A program made the position numbers and the translations under genes. A stretch of 63,858 bases of DNA, counting the filler, from Reclinomonas americana ATCC 50394 (Eukaryota): the NCBI GenBank assembly GCA_048213135.1. It is 7 parts of 3 records of this genome, joined end to end, with 100 filler letters (N's around TTAATTAATTAA, not from the genome) between each part and the next. Parts side by side here need not be neighbours in the genome. Positions count along the whole stretch, not along the records: positions 49,299 to 56,993 come from PS015218.1; positions 57,094 to 59,686 come from PS015219.1; positions 59,787 to 63,858 come from PS015219.1; 4 more parts are not named here. One strand, 5' to 3'. Below, piece after piece: positions 52,201 through 63,858 of the stretch. Within the stretch, counting starts at the first letter, position 1, and the number at the start of each line of letters is the position of its first letter. The notes under the pieces were generated by a model that saw only the letters and a list, made by a program, of their open reading frames with translations, ran no database searches and was not told where the DNA came from.

Positions 52201-55200
52201 AGTAAGTGGATACGTGGGACTCATTTGTCGTGACCATTGCAGCGAACGTTAATCCAACTGCGCCGACACTGTCCTCCTCAACGTACACGCCACCCCTTGC
52301 GCTGAACGGAGTGATCGGCACCCTTGCGTCGACGGACCCCAACACGGGTCAGTCACTGACGTACACGATCACTGGTGGCACGGACATGGCATCCTTCAAT
52401 ATCAGTGGCACGAGTTTGCAATCGAATGTGGCTGGCCTCTCTGGCAACAATCTGCAAGTGATTGTGCAAGTGAGTGATGGGGCAGGTGGAGCGGCAAGCA
52501 CGACGTTCACCATCAACGAAGGTATGTTTTCTTTGAGCCATTTTACGCAGCGAGTATTGTTTACGTCCTCACCATTTCGCAGCTAATGTTGCGCCGAGTG
52601 CTCCAACGCTGTCCTCCTCGACCTACACTCCGCCGCGCGTTCTCAACGGCACGATTGGCACGCTGTCGTCCACGGACCCCAACACTGGCCAGACGCTGAC
52701 TTACACGATCACGGGCGGCACGAATCAAGCATCGTTCAACATCAGTGGCACGAGTTTGCGATCGAATGTGGCTGGGTTGACGGGTAATAACCTTCAAGTC
52801 ATCGTGCAAGTGAGTGATGGAGCAGGTGGCACGGCGAGCACGACGTTCACCATCAGCGAAGGTGAGCATGCCTTCGAGTGCTTCATACTGTGCTTATCTG
52901 TCTCAGTCACTGACGCCGCTCTGCACAGCCAACGTGGTCCCCACTGCTCCGGCTCTGTCATCAACCACGTACACCCCACCACTCGCTTTGAATGGTGTGA
53001 TTGGCACCATGTCATCGACAGACCCGAACACGGGCCAGACACTCGTGTTTTCCATTGTTGGCGGCACCAACTCTGCCTCGTTCAACATCAGCGGCACCAA
53101 CCTGCGATCAAATGTGGCAGGCCTCACTGGCAACAGCCTGCAAGTGATTGTGCAAGTGAGCGACGGTGCCGGTGGCGTGAACACGACAACGTTCAACATA
53201 TCTGAAGGTAAGGCGATGCATTTATTCACTCTTACTCCAGTGCATCACACGCGTTTATGAGCACAGTTAATGTGGTACCCACTGCGCCGACACTCTCCAC
53301 CAACTTGTATGTGGCGCCGCTCGCGCTGAACGGAGTAATTGGCACTCTGGCGTCAACCGATGTCAACACCGGTCAGACACTGACCTTCTCCATCACCGGC
53401 GGCACCAACTCGGCATCGTTCAACATCAGCGGCACGAACCTGCGCTCCAGTGTGTCTGGCCTCACCGGCAACGGACTTCAAGTGATTGTAACTGTCAGCG
53501 ACGGAGCTGGTGGAACTCGCTCGTCTACATTCAACATTTCGGAAGGTTTGCGTGATGCAGATGATCATTGATGGGATCGTCATTGGTGCGCTGACTCTTT
53601 CCTTGCAGCCAACATGAGCCCTACGGTCCCCGTCTTGTCGACAACGTTGTATACGCCGCCGCGTGCTCTGAATGGCGTGATTGGCACTCTCTCCGCAACA
53701 CCTGCCATGGCTGGTGACACGCTCACATTCTCGATCACTGGTGGCGCCGACCAAGCATCCTTCAATATTAGTGGCACGGACCTGCGTTCCAACGTCGCGG
53801 GCCTTGTCGGGAACAACTTGCAGGTTGAGATCACTGTTACGGCTGGCACTGGTGGCACGAACTCGTTCGTATTCGACATTGATGAGCGTTGCGTCTGTTG
53901 ATCCTGTTCCTTATTTGTTTATCTGCGTTGTTGTTCACCGCCGTGGCTGCAGTCAACGTGATACCAACCGCACCAACGCTGTCGTCGTCGACATATGTGC
54001 CGCCACTGGCACTTGGCGGCGGCATTGGCATGCTGTCGTCGACGGACCCAAACTCGGGACAGTCGTTGACTTACTACGTCTCTGGCGGCACCGACCAGTC
54101 ACTGTTTTCAGTCAGTGGTGGGAACAGCCTCGTGACAGCAGTGTCGAATCTGACGGGCAACAACCTTCAAGTGATCGTCACAGTCGACGATGGAGCAGGC
54201 GGCACCAACTCAGCGACATTCCTCATCAACGAAGGTTGGACTGGCTCGCACTGCGCTCGTCTCTCTTGCCCTCACTGACCCATCGCTCTTGTCTCTTGCG
54301 TAGCCAATGTGAATCCGACGGCGCCCACTCTGTCAAGCAGCACTTACACCCCGCCACTCGCCATAAATGGCATCATTGGCACTCTCGCCTCGACAGACGC
54401 CAACACGGGCCAGACCCTGACGTACACCATCACGGGCGGCACCAGCATGGGATCGTTCAACATCAGCAGCAGCAGCTTGCGGTCGAATGTTGCTGGTCTC
54501 ACCGGCAACAGCCTGCAAGTGATTGTGCAAGTGAGCGATGGAGCAGGTGGCACCAACACGTCCACGTTCACCATCAGCGAAGGTCAGTGTGGTGGCTTGT
54601 TCTTTTGCTTCTTCCCTTTTGCACCCGCTCATTCGCACACTCTGTTGCCTTTGTGACAGCCAATGTTGTGCCAGCGCCACCGACTCTGTCCACCTCGACG
54701 TACACTCCACCAGTGGCCATGAACGGCGTTGTCGGCACACTGTCGTCCACTGATCCCAACACTGGCCAGACACTGACGTACACGATTGTCGGTGGCACGA
54801 ATCAGGCATCTTTCAACATCAGCGGCACCGACTTGCGATCCAATGTGGCTGGTCTGAGTGGCAACGGACTGCAGGTGATTGTGCAAGTGAGCGATGGAGC
54901 TGGTGGCATCAACACGTCTACGTTCACCATCAGCGAAGGTTTGTATCGCTCCTTTCTGTTATAAGTCGCGTGGCTGACTTAGTGTCTGTGGTGCGCAGCC
55001 AATGTGCCTCCGTCTGCTCCGACGATTTCGTCGACTGCGTACAACCCACCGCTGGCCCTCAACGACGTTATCGGCGTCTTGTCCTCGACAGACCCAAACA
55101 CTGGGCAGGTTTTGACGTTCAGCATTGTGGGCGGTGCGGATCAAGCCTCGTTCAACATCAGCGGGTCCAATCTTCGCTCCGACGTTGCCGGCCTCTCCGG

Positions 55201-56993
55201 CTCCAACTTGGTGGTCATTGTGCAAGTTAGCGACGGTACTGGTGGCACAAACACCGCAACATTTACGATCGGCAGCTGTTGCGTTGCATTCCACTCTCTC
55301 TTGAATCGCCTGGTTGTTGCGCCTGCCTGACTTTGCTCCGTGAAACACAGCGAACTTACCGCCGTCTGTGCCCACGTTGTCGACCGTGCTTTACGTTCCT
55401 CCTCTGGCGCTCAACGGCGTCATTGGCGCGTTGTCGGCCACGGACCCAAACGTCGGTCAGACGCTGACGTTCAGCATTCTGGGAGGAGCCGACTCGGCGC
55501 TCTTCAACATCAGTGGCTCAGACTTGCGATCCAATGTGGCTGGTCTCGTCGGCAACAACTTGGAGGTAATTGTCGAAGTCAGCGATGGATTCGGCGGACT
55601 GACAAATGCCAGATTCCTGATCAGCGAAGGTTGGTGGCACGCCGCCGCTCTCGTGTCTCGCTTGCACAAGTCGTGCATGCTGTTGCTCATTCTTCTCCCG
55701 CACACAGTCAACGTGCCACCCACCGCACCCATCCTCTCGTCCTCGTCGTACATTCCCCCACTGGCCGCGAATGGAGTCATTGGCATCCTGTCATCCACCG
55801 ACGTCAACAGCGGGCAGTCGTTGACGTTTACGATCACTGGTGGTGCGCATCAGGTACTGTTCAACCTCAGTGGTTCCAGCCTCCGAAGCAGTGTTGCCGG
55901 ACTCACCGGCAACAGTCTGTCGGTGGAGGTCACTGTGTCGGATGGCGCCGGTGGCACCAACGTCAGCACATTCATCATTGGCGAAGGTCTGATGCACCCT
56001 GCTCTCTGATTGCACGTCCCGTTTTTGTTTGCTGATTTGTTTGTCTGTCGCGACCGCACAGCCAACGTGAATCCCACTGCGCCGGTGCTGTCTGCGCTCT
56101 CTTTCACACCGCTGCTTCCGCTCAACGGCGTCATCGGCGCCCTGTCCTCCACAGACCCCAATACGGGTCAAGCGTTGACGTTCACCATTACCGGAGGCGT
56201 CAACGCAAGCTCGTTTGTCATTGTCGCCTCCGACTTGCGCTCCAATGTGGCGGGACTGAGTGGGATTAATTTGCAAGTGGTGGTGACCGTCAGTGATGGT
56301 GCAGGTGGCACCTCCAGCAGCACATTTACCATTACTGAAGGTACGGTTTCGTGTTTCCAGAATGCATTAACGCTGGTACTAATGAGGTGCTGCTGTACAC
56401 AGTCAATGTGCCACCATCTGCTCCATCTCTGTCACCCTCGACGTACGCGCCGCCTCTGGCACTCAACGGTGTCATTGGCACCCTCTCGTCATCGGATCCG
56501 AATACGGGACAGACGCTCTCGTATTCCATCATCGGCGGCGGCAATCAGGCATCGTTCAGCATCAGCGGCACAAGTCTGCGGTCGAATGTTGCCGGCTTGA
56601 CAGGAAACAGTCTGCAGGTGACGGTGCAAGTCAGCGATGGCGCCGGAGGTATCAACAGTACGACGTTCTCGATCAGCGAGAGTTGCGTGATGGAAGTCTG
56701 TGGCAAGACGCGATGTCACTCTCGCTGAATGCTTGTTCCTTGATTGCAGGCAATGTGCCCCCGAGTGCACCAACACTCTCGACTACTCTGTATGCGCCAC
56801 CACTGGCCTTGGGCGGCACAATCGGCACACTGGCTGCCACTGATGCGAATTCTGCGCAGACACTTGTTTACGCAGTCACCGGTGGCACAGATCAGTCCGA
56901 CTTTTACGTTGTTGGCAACAGCTTGCTCTCCAATGTCAATGGACTCAGCGGCAACGACCTTCAAGTGGAGCTCACTGTGTCGGACGGAGCCGG
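49299..56993 (+). CDS. Tandem array of 23 cadherin-like domains, one ~279-nt exon each with phase-1 introns; both ends lost in gaps
   Basis: Unit ANVVPTAPTLSSSTYTPPLASNGVIGTLSSTDPNTGQTLTYTITGGTNSASFNISGTSLRSNVAGLTGNNLQVIVQVSDGAGGTASTTFTISE repeated every ~335-360 bp. Confidence 0.88.
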
Positions 56994-57094
56994 NNNNNNN
57001 NNNNNNNNNNNNNNNNNNNNNNNNNNNNNNNNNNNNNTTAATTAATTAANNNNNNNNNNNNNNNNNNNNNNNNNNNNNNNNNNNNNNNNNNNNA

Positions 57095-57210
57095 CTCCCC
57101 CTCCGTCTCTCCCCTCCGTCTCCTCCCCTCCGTCTCTCCCCTCCGTCTCTCCCCTCCGTCTCTCCCCCTCCGTCTCTCCCCTTCGTCTCTCTCTCTCTCT
57201 CTCTCTCTCA
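57095..57210. repeat. ~14-bp CCCCTCCGTCTCT minisatellite followed by (TC)n
   Basis: About 6 tandem imperfect copies visible. Confidence 0.8.
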
Positions 57211-57243
57211 TGTCTCTCTCGCCTCGCCCTTGCCTCTCCGCAG

Positions 57244-58126
57244 GTACGCGCCATGAAGAGCCGACCATCGGCCACTGACTTGGCCGCCATTCTGGAGCTG
57301 CCGTCGAGCAACGTCATTCGCCTGGAGCAGGAGATCCTGGTGCCGTTGGCCGACCAGGGCAAGTTGTACACGTACGAGTTGCCTGGCTTCTGGTCGCAGA
57401 TCAAGTCGCCGGCGTTGCGTCTCGGAAGCGCTCCCGTGTATGACTGATATAATTCCTTCCCTCACCGCCGCCGCCGTCACTACCGCAGTGCTGCTGTGCG
57501 GTGCTCGGCATTGTACTTGGAGCAGTACGCGTTGCTCGGCTCACCCATGTTGTATTCCAAGCCGGCCGGTGCCGAGGGTCCAATCATCGTCGGCAATGTC
57601 ACGATTGACGAGAACGCCGACGTGCATCCCACGGCTAAGGTGCGTGTGTTGGTGAGCGTTGAGATTGTGGAAAGGGGACTCATTGGCGTCACAGATCGGA
57701 CCCAACGTGTCCATTTGCGCGGGCGCCACTGTCGGCAAGGGCGTTCGAGTGGCAAACTCGATCATTCTGGAGGGTGTGCATTTGAAGGTTTTTTGAGTCC
57801 TCTTCTCGCCACCTCCAGCATAGCCCTTCTCACTCGTATGTACATTGGCAGGACCATTCATGTGTGTTGAACAGTATTCTGGGCTGGAACTCAACAGTAG
57901 GTCGGTGGGCGCGAGTGGAGGGCACGTTCGACCCGTCGGCGGCCAATGAGCAGATGACAATCTTTGGTGCGTGACACGCCTCCACCATCGTGCTCGCCCA
58001 CGCCTCACCGAGACATGTCACACAGGTGCTGGAGTGGAGGTGAATGCAGAAGTGGTGGTGCGGAATAGTATTGTGCTGCCACAGAAGAAGTTGACGGAAG
58101 ACGTCAAGGACACCATCCTCCTGTGA
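57244..58126 (+). CDS. GMPPA: Mannose-1-phosphate guanylyltransferase alpha-type subunit, 3' part
   Basis: [34 protein letters not shown], then left-handed beta-helix VHPTAK|IGPNVSI...[10 protein letters not shown]...[21 protein letters not shown]...[15 protein letters not shown] at 58124-58126. Confidence 0.88.
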
Positions 58127-58252
58127 GAAAAACAACCTCGGATGCACGTCGGACACAACACGTTCGCACACATCGACTCTTTGTATTGCTTGAAATTTGC
58201 CGCCGTGGAGAGGTGACCATAAGTGAACATGGCTTGTAGTGGGTGGGATGGA

Positions 58253-59684
58253 CTATCGTCGACCGCCAGCACCTGAGAGAGAGAGAGAAAAGAGAAAAGT
58301 GAGAAGCAGGAGAAAACGCCTTTTGACAAGATGGCGCGACAGACCTGGCGACGACGAGTAGCGACCGGCAGAGTGGTGATCCTTGCGGCCGTCGCGATGC
58401 TCATGGCTGGGGCGGAAGGCGTGATCGGGACGACCACTGCCACGTTCGCGACCACCGAAGCTGCGACCACCACCACCTTCACCGCCTTCGCCACTCGAGC
58501 GACGGGGCGGCGCAAAGTCGCCGCCGTCGGAGCCGAAGCTGCGACGCGGGCGATACTCGCTTCCGCCACTGCGTCTTCCGTCACCACCCGACGGACGACC
58601 CCAGTTTCCGCCACTGCGTCTGCCATCACCACCAGCACCAGCCGAGGAACGCTCCCAGCTTCCACCACCACGCGAAAATCCAGGCGCACCACCGTCACGA
58701 CGCGGGCGGCGTGCATCACCACCGCCGTTGCCGTACTTTGGCCCCTCTCCGTCACCAAAACGGCGACGAGGAGCAGCGGCACGCTCCGCGTCGTCGCGCG
58801 GAGGACGCTGCGGACGCTCACTCGGTCCAGCCTCCTCTGAGTCCTCCTGCACTCGCGGCGGACGCGGCGTCCACGGGCGGTCACTGCGCGGCGCACGCGG
58901 CGCGTACGGTGTCGCATCAGCGGCAGGCGGAGAACGGACGCGTGCTGTTGTGGCGGAAGCGGCGGCAGCGGCGGCGGGAGCGGCAGCAGCAGCAGCAGCC
59001 TCTGCGCAATAATTGAGAACGACAAGAACACAGACTCTGAAACAGACACACGCTCCCCCACTCACGTCCACTGGCCGCCGGTGCCGGAGCCGAAGCCNNN
59101 NNNNNNNNNNNNNNNNNNNNNNNNNNNNNNNNNNNNNNNNNNNNNNNNNNNNNNNNNGGGATCTGCGCGGCAAACTTGCGCAACAACGCCTGCACCTCAC
59201 TCGGCAACTGCTCAATCTGTCGGTACTGCCCCACAGCAACACCGGGCTCGCCGTCAATCGCAAACTGTCCGATGCGCGTGCGGATCACGCGGTCCACATT
59301 GACGCCGGCCATTGTCAGCGTGCGTTCCAGCTGGCCCGCCTGTGGACACAACGGTGTGAGTGACCACACTCACTCACTTCCCCCACCAAGTATGCAGACC
59401 TTGTCGCCCGGCAACTCAATCTGCAGCCAGTGATGTCTTCCGCCCGCGGCGCCATCCTCCGTCTGCAGGACCGTGATTCTCGGCGGACTACCCGCCGGCT
59501 CGCCACTCTTCTCGGCCACCGTCGCAAAGTGCTGCGTGCAATGCACAACAGCCAAGTGCGGGTCGCCAAAGATACGCACGCGGTACGCATGCTCCACGCC
59601 CGACGACGGGTGCGTGAGGCACGACGCCAGCATGCCATTGTTGGTGAGCAGCACTGCGCCCTCGCCCGTGGCCTCGAAGCCGCC
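58253..59684 (-). CDS. RsuA/RluB-family pseudouridine synthase-like protein with R/G/S-rich C-terminal tail (5' partial)
   Basis: EGAVLLTNNGMLASCLTHPSSGVEHAYRVRIFG ... WLQIEL ... GVNVDRVIRTRIGQF match RsuA-family motifs. The tail is rich in RGG/RRSGG; TAG at 58253-58255. Confidence 0.75.
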
Positions 59685-59786
59685 CTNNNNNNNNNNNNNN
59701 NNNNNNNNNNNNNNNNNNNNNNNNNNNNNNTTAATTAATTAANNNNNNNNNNNNNNNNNNNNNNNNNNNNNNNNNNNNNNNNNNNN

Positions 59787-60697
59787 AGCTGGGCAATCTG
59801 GGCGTGCAGGTCCTTGATGGCATTCTGCGACTCGCCAAACTGCGCAGCCTTCTCGCGCTGCATGTTGCCGAGAACGTTGGCGTGGCGATCGGCGTCATCC
59901 TGCATGCGGACGACCACGGCGTGCTTCTCCTCCGACAGCTTGACCTTGTCCTCCTGCAGCGAGCGGACCTGCTGGTTCAGCGTCTCGATCTCGTGCTGCA
60001 GAGTCTTGCGGGTGCCGACCAGCGCCTCCAGCTGCGACTGCAACACGGCGACATTGCGCTTGTGGTTGTTGCACTCGTTCTCCAGAATCTGGTTGCGGGT
60101 ACGCTGCTCGCCGAGGGCCTCCTGCAGCGACGAGCGCTCGTCAAAGAGCACCTTGTCGGCCTGCGCCAGGCCACTCTTCATCTGGTCCTCCAAGTCGGCC
60201 AGGCGGAGACGGAAGTCGTTGCGCTGCACCTCCAGTGTGGCAATCTGCTCCTCCAGCTGCTTGGAACGGGACTCGAAGATCTCGCGCTTGGTGCGCTCGT
60301 TCTCGTGGTCACGATGGGCAACCTCCAGCTCGCGGCGCAGATCCGTGACGGCGTCCTCCATGTGGCTGACGGTCGACTGCGTCTGGCGAAGTTGTGACTC
60401 GTGCGTGGTGGCCACCGTGCCGAGGTTGCTCATCTTGGAGCGCAGGTCCTCGTACTGGTCCTCCAGCAGGCGCTTGTCCTCGCGCGCCGCATCCAGTGCA
60501 CTCTGGTACTGGCTCTTGACCTGGGCCAAAGCCTCCTGCTGCTGTCGGTGGAGGTCCGTTCGCTCGCGGTTCAGGCGCTCAATCTGAGCCGCCAGACCCT
60601 GGTTGTGTTGGGCAACCTGGCGCAGCTCGAGGCTGACCTGCTCCAATTGCGTTTGCAGTTGGACGTGAGCCGCGTCCATCGACAGTGAGCCATCCTG
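59787..60697 (-). CDS. Long coiled-coil exon, probably a mis-oriented part of the adjacent plus-strand coiled-coil gene
   Basis: Uninterrupted E/Q/L/K/R-rich heptad ORF between two gaps, with the same composition as 60813-63858. Confidence 0.65.
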
Positions 60698-60812
60698 NNN
60701 NNNNNNNNNNNNNNNNNNNNNNNNNNNNNNNNNNNNCAATGAGGTGTGTGTGTGTGTCTCCTTAGGGGGTTTCATCATTGCATATCTTGCCGCTCACACG
60801 CCGTCGACAATA

Positions 60813-63800
60813 GGACATCGACAATGTGCGTCGCCAGGCTGTGGTGCAACGCGAGCAGGCTGCGGAGGAGCAGAAGCGCGTTCGCGCCGAGCGTGATCAG
60901 TACCAGGTATGTGAAGACGACAAGTTGTGCTTTACTCGCTGGTCTGGTTTATTCACCCGATTTCCACAGCTGAATGCTTCGGAGCTGCTCGGCAAGCTGC
61001 GCATGTCGGAGGCAGAGCTGGAGAGCGCCAACAACAAGCTGAAGCGCCTGGTGGAGGAGAAGAATCTGGACGTGGAGACGTTCCAGTCGAGCGAGAAGGC
61101 CTTTGAGGACGCCACTCGCATGTTCAAGAAGCTGGCCGAGGACCAGGCCAACGAGTTCTCCAAGCTGCAAGGCCTGTACAACGAGCTCCGCTCCGACTAC
61201 GTCAACGTGCAGACTGCGCTGCAGACTGCCGTGGAGGAGAAGCGCAGCATTGCCAATGCCGCCGATGGTGAGTTGTTGCTATTCGTTGTGTGTGTGTGCG
61301 TGTGTGCTTGCCTCGAGACTAACACACGATTCCGTTCACAGTCAAGGTGGCGGCGCTGCACAGCCAAGTGGACTCGTACCGCGCACAGTTGGACGACGTG
61401 CGCCAGGAGATTCAGGTTTGTTTTCACATGCATTCCTTTCCTCTCTCTCTTACCCACGCCTCCTCATCAATGTTCTCCTCCCTCCCCTCTCCCCAGCGCG
61501 TCATGGCCGAGTTGTCAGACGTGCGCCTGGCCAAGACGACACTGGAGCGTGACAACCAGGCGCTCAAGTCGAACCTGGTGAACGTAGAGATGACCATGTC
61601 GGCGCAGCTGCAGACGGCCCGCTTGCAGGCCAGCTCGGCGCGCGAGGAGTGCGACAGCGTGGCGCAGAAGATGCAGCAGGCTGTGGCCGACCGCGATCGC
61701 CAGATCTCCTTCATGTCGTCGCAGTTGGCGATGTACGAGGAGCGCCACAAGCACACGAGCGTGGAGATGATGTCGTTGACGGAGAACGCCAATGCACGCA
61801 ACTCGGCGCAGGAGATTAGCCGCACGGAGCTCGCCGCCCGCTACAGCGACGCTGTGGATCAGCTGCGTGCTCGCGAGGAGGACGTGAAGCGTCTGCGTGT
61901 GCAACGCGAGCAGGAGACCTCGGAGCTGCAGAGCGCTCTGCGCAAGGCCGAGGCCAAGCTGGCTGAGCAACTGCGCCGCGTGGAGGCACTGTTGGGCGAG
62001 AAGGGCACTCTGGAGAGCCGCTTGCAGGCTGTCGAGGGCCGCTCCCGCACCACCGAGGCCGAGCTCAACAGCAAGATCGAGACTCTGGAGGACGAGCTGC
62101 GCAAGGTGCGCCACGCCCTCGACGAGGAGCGCACCAAGCAGACGGTGTTGAATGATCAGGTTTGTTGAGAAAGTGATGGGTTTTTGTTTGATTGGCTGGC
62201 GTGGTGCTGACAAATGTCCGTGCAGCGTGATTCGGCGGCCTCGTCGAAGAAGATGATTGCCAACGAGAACCGCGAGCTGCGCGCTCAACTCGAGGCCCTG
62301 CACCGCGACAAGTCACTGCAGGCCAAGTCGCTCGGCGAGCGCATGCGCTCCATGCAGGCGGACATTGACGAGCTGTACAACAAGCTGCAGGCGGTGCAGC
62401 GCGACAAGCTCGCCCAGCACCACGAGGCTCAGACCCAGATCAAGGCCCTGCAAGAGGTTTGTTTGTGTGTCTGTGCGTTCCCTTTCCTTTCTTGTTGAGA
62501 CAACAGTAATCTCACGATGTGCACGTTTCCCCACCACACAGGAAGTGTCGCAGAGCCAGCTGCGCCTGGAGCGCCAGCAGGACGACGCACACTCGGCCGA
62601 GACTCACCTGCGCGACGCCCTGTCGTCACTGCAGAGTGAGAAGGAGCGGTTGGAGCAGCGGTTGGAGTCGGCTCTGATGGAGACGCGCTCGCTGCACCGC
62701 GAGTTGGAGAACGCCTCGGAGCACATTCGCACGATTGAGCTTGAGCGCCAAGACATTGCTGTCGGCGCCCAGGGCCGCGAGCGTGAGCTCAGCACCGAGA
62801 CCGCCAACCTGCGTGTGGACTACGAGAACGTGTGCCGCGAGTTGACGGCTGTCCGCAAGCAGTACGAACTGCTGAACAAGTGCGTTTTTTCCCCCCCTTC
62901 CTCCTTGTTTGTTTGATCGCTCACTTTGGCCTTTCCCGTATTACCAGTGACAACCTTGAGCTGCAGCGTCGCTACCGTGAGGTCACCGCCGAGCACTTGC
63001 GCGAGAGCGACTCGGCCGCGCGTGCCATCAAGGAGCTGGAGGAGCACAAGCACCGCCTGTTGGTGGATTTGGAGCGCTCGCAGCAGGGACTGGAGAAGCT
63101 GGAGATTGAGCGTGAGCGCCTTAAGGCCGACCTCAGCAAGCACCAGTCGCAAGTGCAGTCGCTCGACCGCGACCTGCACGTGCAGTTCCAGGCCCACCAG
63201 GAGGCGCAGCGCAACCTCCGCGAGGAGATGCAGGTTTGTGTGTGTGCCCAGCGCGTCTGCTCGAGTGTGTGAACCATGGCACAGTCGACTCACACACACA
63301 CACACTCTATCTCCCTCCCTCCGCAGCGTATGAATGCCTCGTTTGAGAACTTGCAGAACGAGAAGCAGGAGCTGTTGGATTCGCAGCAGCGCCAGATTCT
63401 GGCCATTTCGGACGAGAACGCACACCTCAACGACACCATTCAGCGTCTGAACCGCGAGAAGCTGGTCCAGTTCCAGGACTTCCAGCGTGTGGTGCAGGAG
63501 CACGAGGCCAATGTGCAAAACTACAAGCGCGAGGTGCAGACGCTGCACGAGCAGCTGCACGACACGGCATTGCAGCAGGATCGCGCCCAGTCGGCACTGC
63601 GCGAGGAGGTCGACCTGATGCAGCGTCAGCTGCAGGGTGCCCGCGAGCGCATTGGCGAGCTGGAGGGCGAGTGGCGTGCCGCACACGACCAGGCTGCTGT
63701 CTTGCGGGTGCGTGACATTGTTCTTTTTTTCTTGGAGTGCAATGGTTTTTGTCTCACTTTGTCTTGTTGTTGCACACCAACAGGACGAGTTGCACCATGT

Positions 63801-63858
63801 GCAGCAGGCTTACGCGCACGACAAGCAGGAGCTGACTCGCGACCTGGAGCGCACTCGT
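60813..63858 (+). CDS. Long coiled-coil (cytoskeletal/centrosomal-type) protein, partial at both ends
   Basis: Multi-exon heptad-repeat sequence (e.g. SELQSALRKAEAKLAEQLRRVEALLGEKGTLESRLQAVE) joined by GT-AG introns; no catalytic motifs seen. Confidence 0.8.

Noticed and set aside
49299-56993. Regular repeat/spacer periodicity resembling a CRISPR array or satellite
   Set aside because: The repeats are ~279-nt coding exons and the 'spacers' are GT-AG introns; there are no cas genes and the context is eukaryotic.

Overview
Intron-rich eukaryotic (probably protist) draft scaffold with short GT-AG introns (mostly ~50-100 nt), many microsatellites, N gaps and artificial TTAATTAATTAA gap spacers. 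Gene models reconstructed by hand from splice sites, left to right: (1) a giant secreted/surface protein on the minus strand with ~9 A/B pairs of cadherin-like domains, two NHL-repeat blocks and Cys-containing beta-sandwich domains, running off the left edge; (2) a small secreted Cys-containing helical protein; (3) a PX + ELMO-domain protein; (4) an IP3-receptor-family Ca2+ release channel with a non-canonical selectivity filter; (5) a C2H2 zinc-finger protein; (6) scrambled fragments of a Ras-superfamily GTPase-PH gene and a Pelle/IRAK-like kinase; (7) an LRR/F-box protein with two free-standing dynein microtubule-binding-domain-like modules; (8) mitochondrial Hsp70, head-to-head with eEFSec; (9) a 23-unit one-exon-per-domain cadherin-like array; (10) GMPPA; (11) an RsuA/RluB-type pseudouridine synthase lacking the catalytic Asp; (12) a long coiled-coil protein. 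The most unusual signals concern splicing: an apparent single-nucleotide exon in the Hsp70 GIDLGTT motif, and a frequent 'shifted' 5' splice-site class (GTTGCG, G at +6) that covaries with a non-G last exon base. All family assignments are by motif recognition only; no database search was run.
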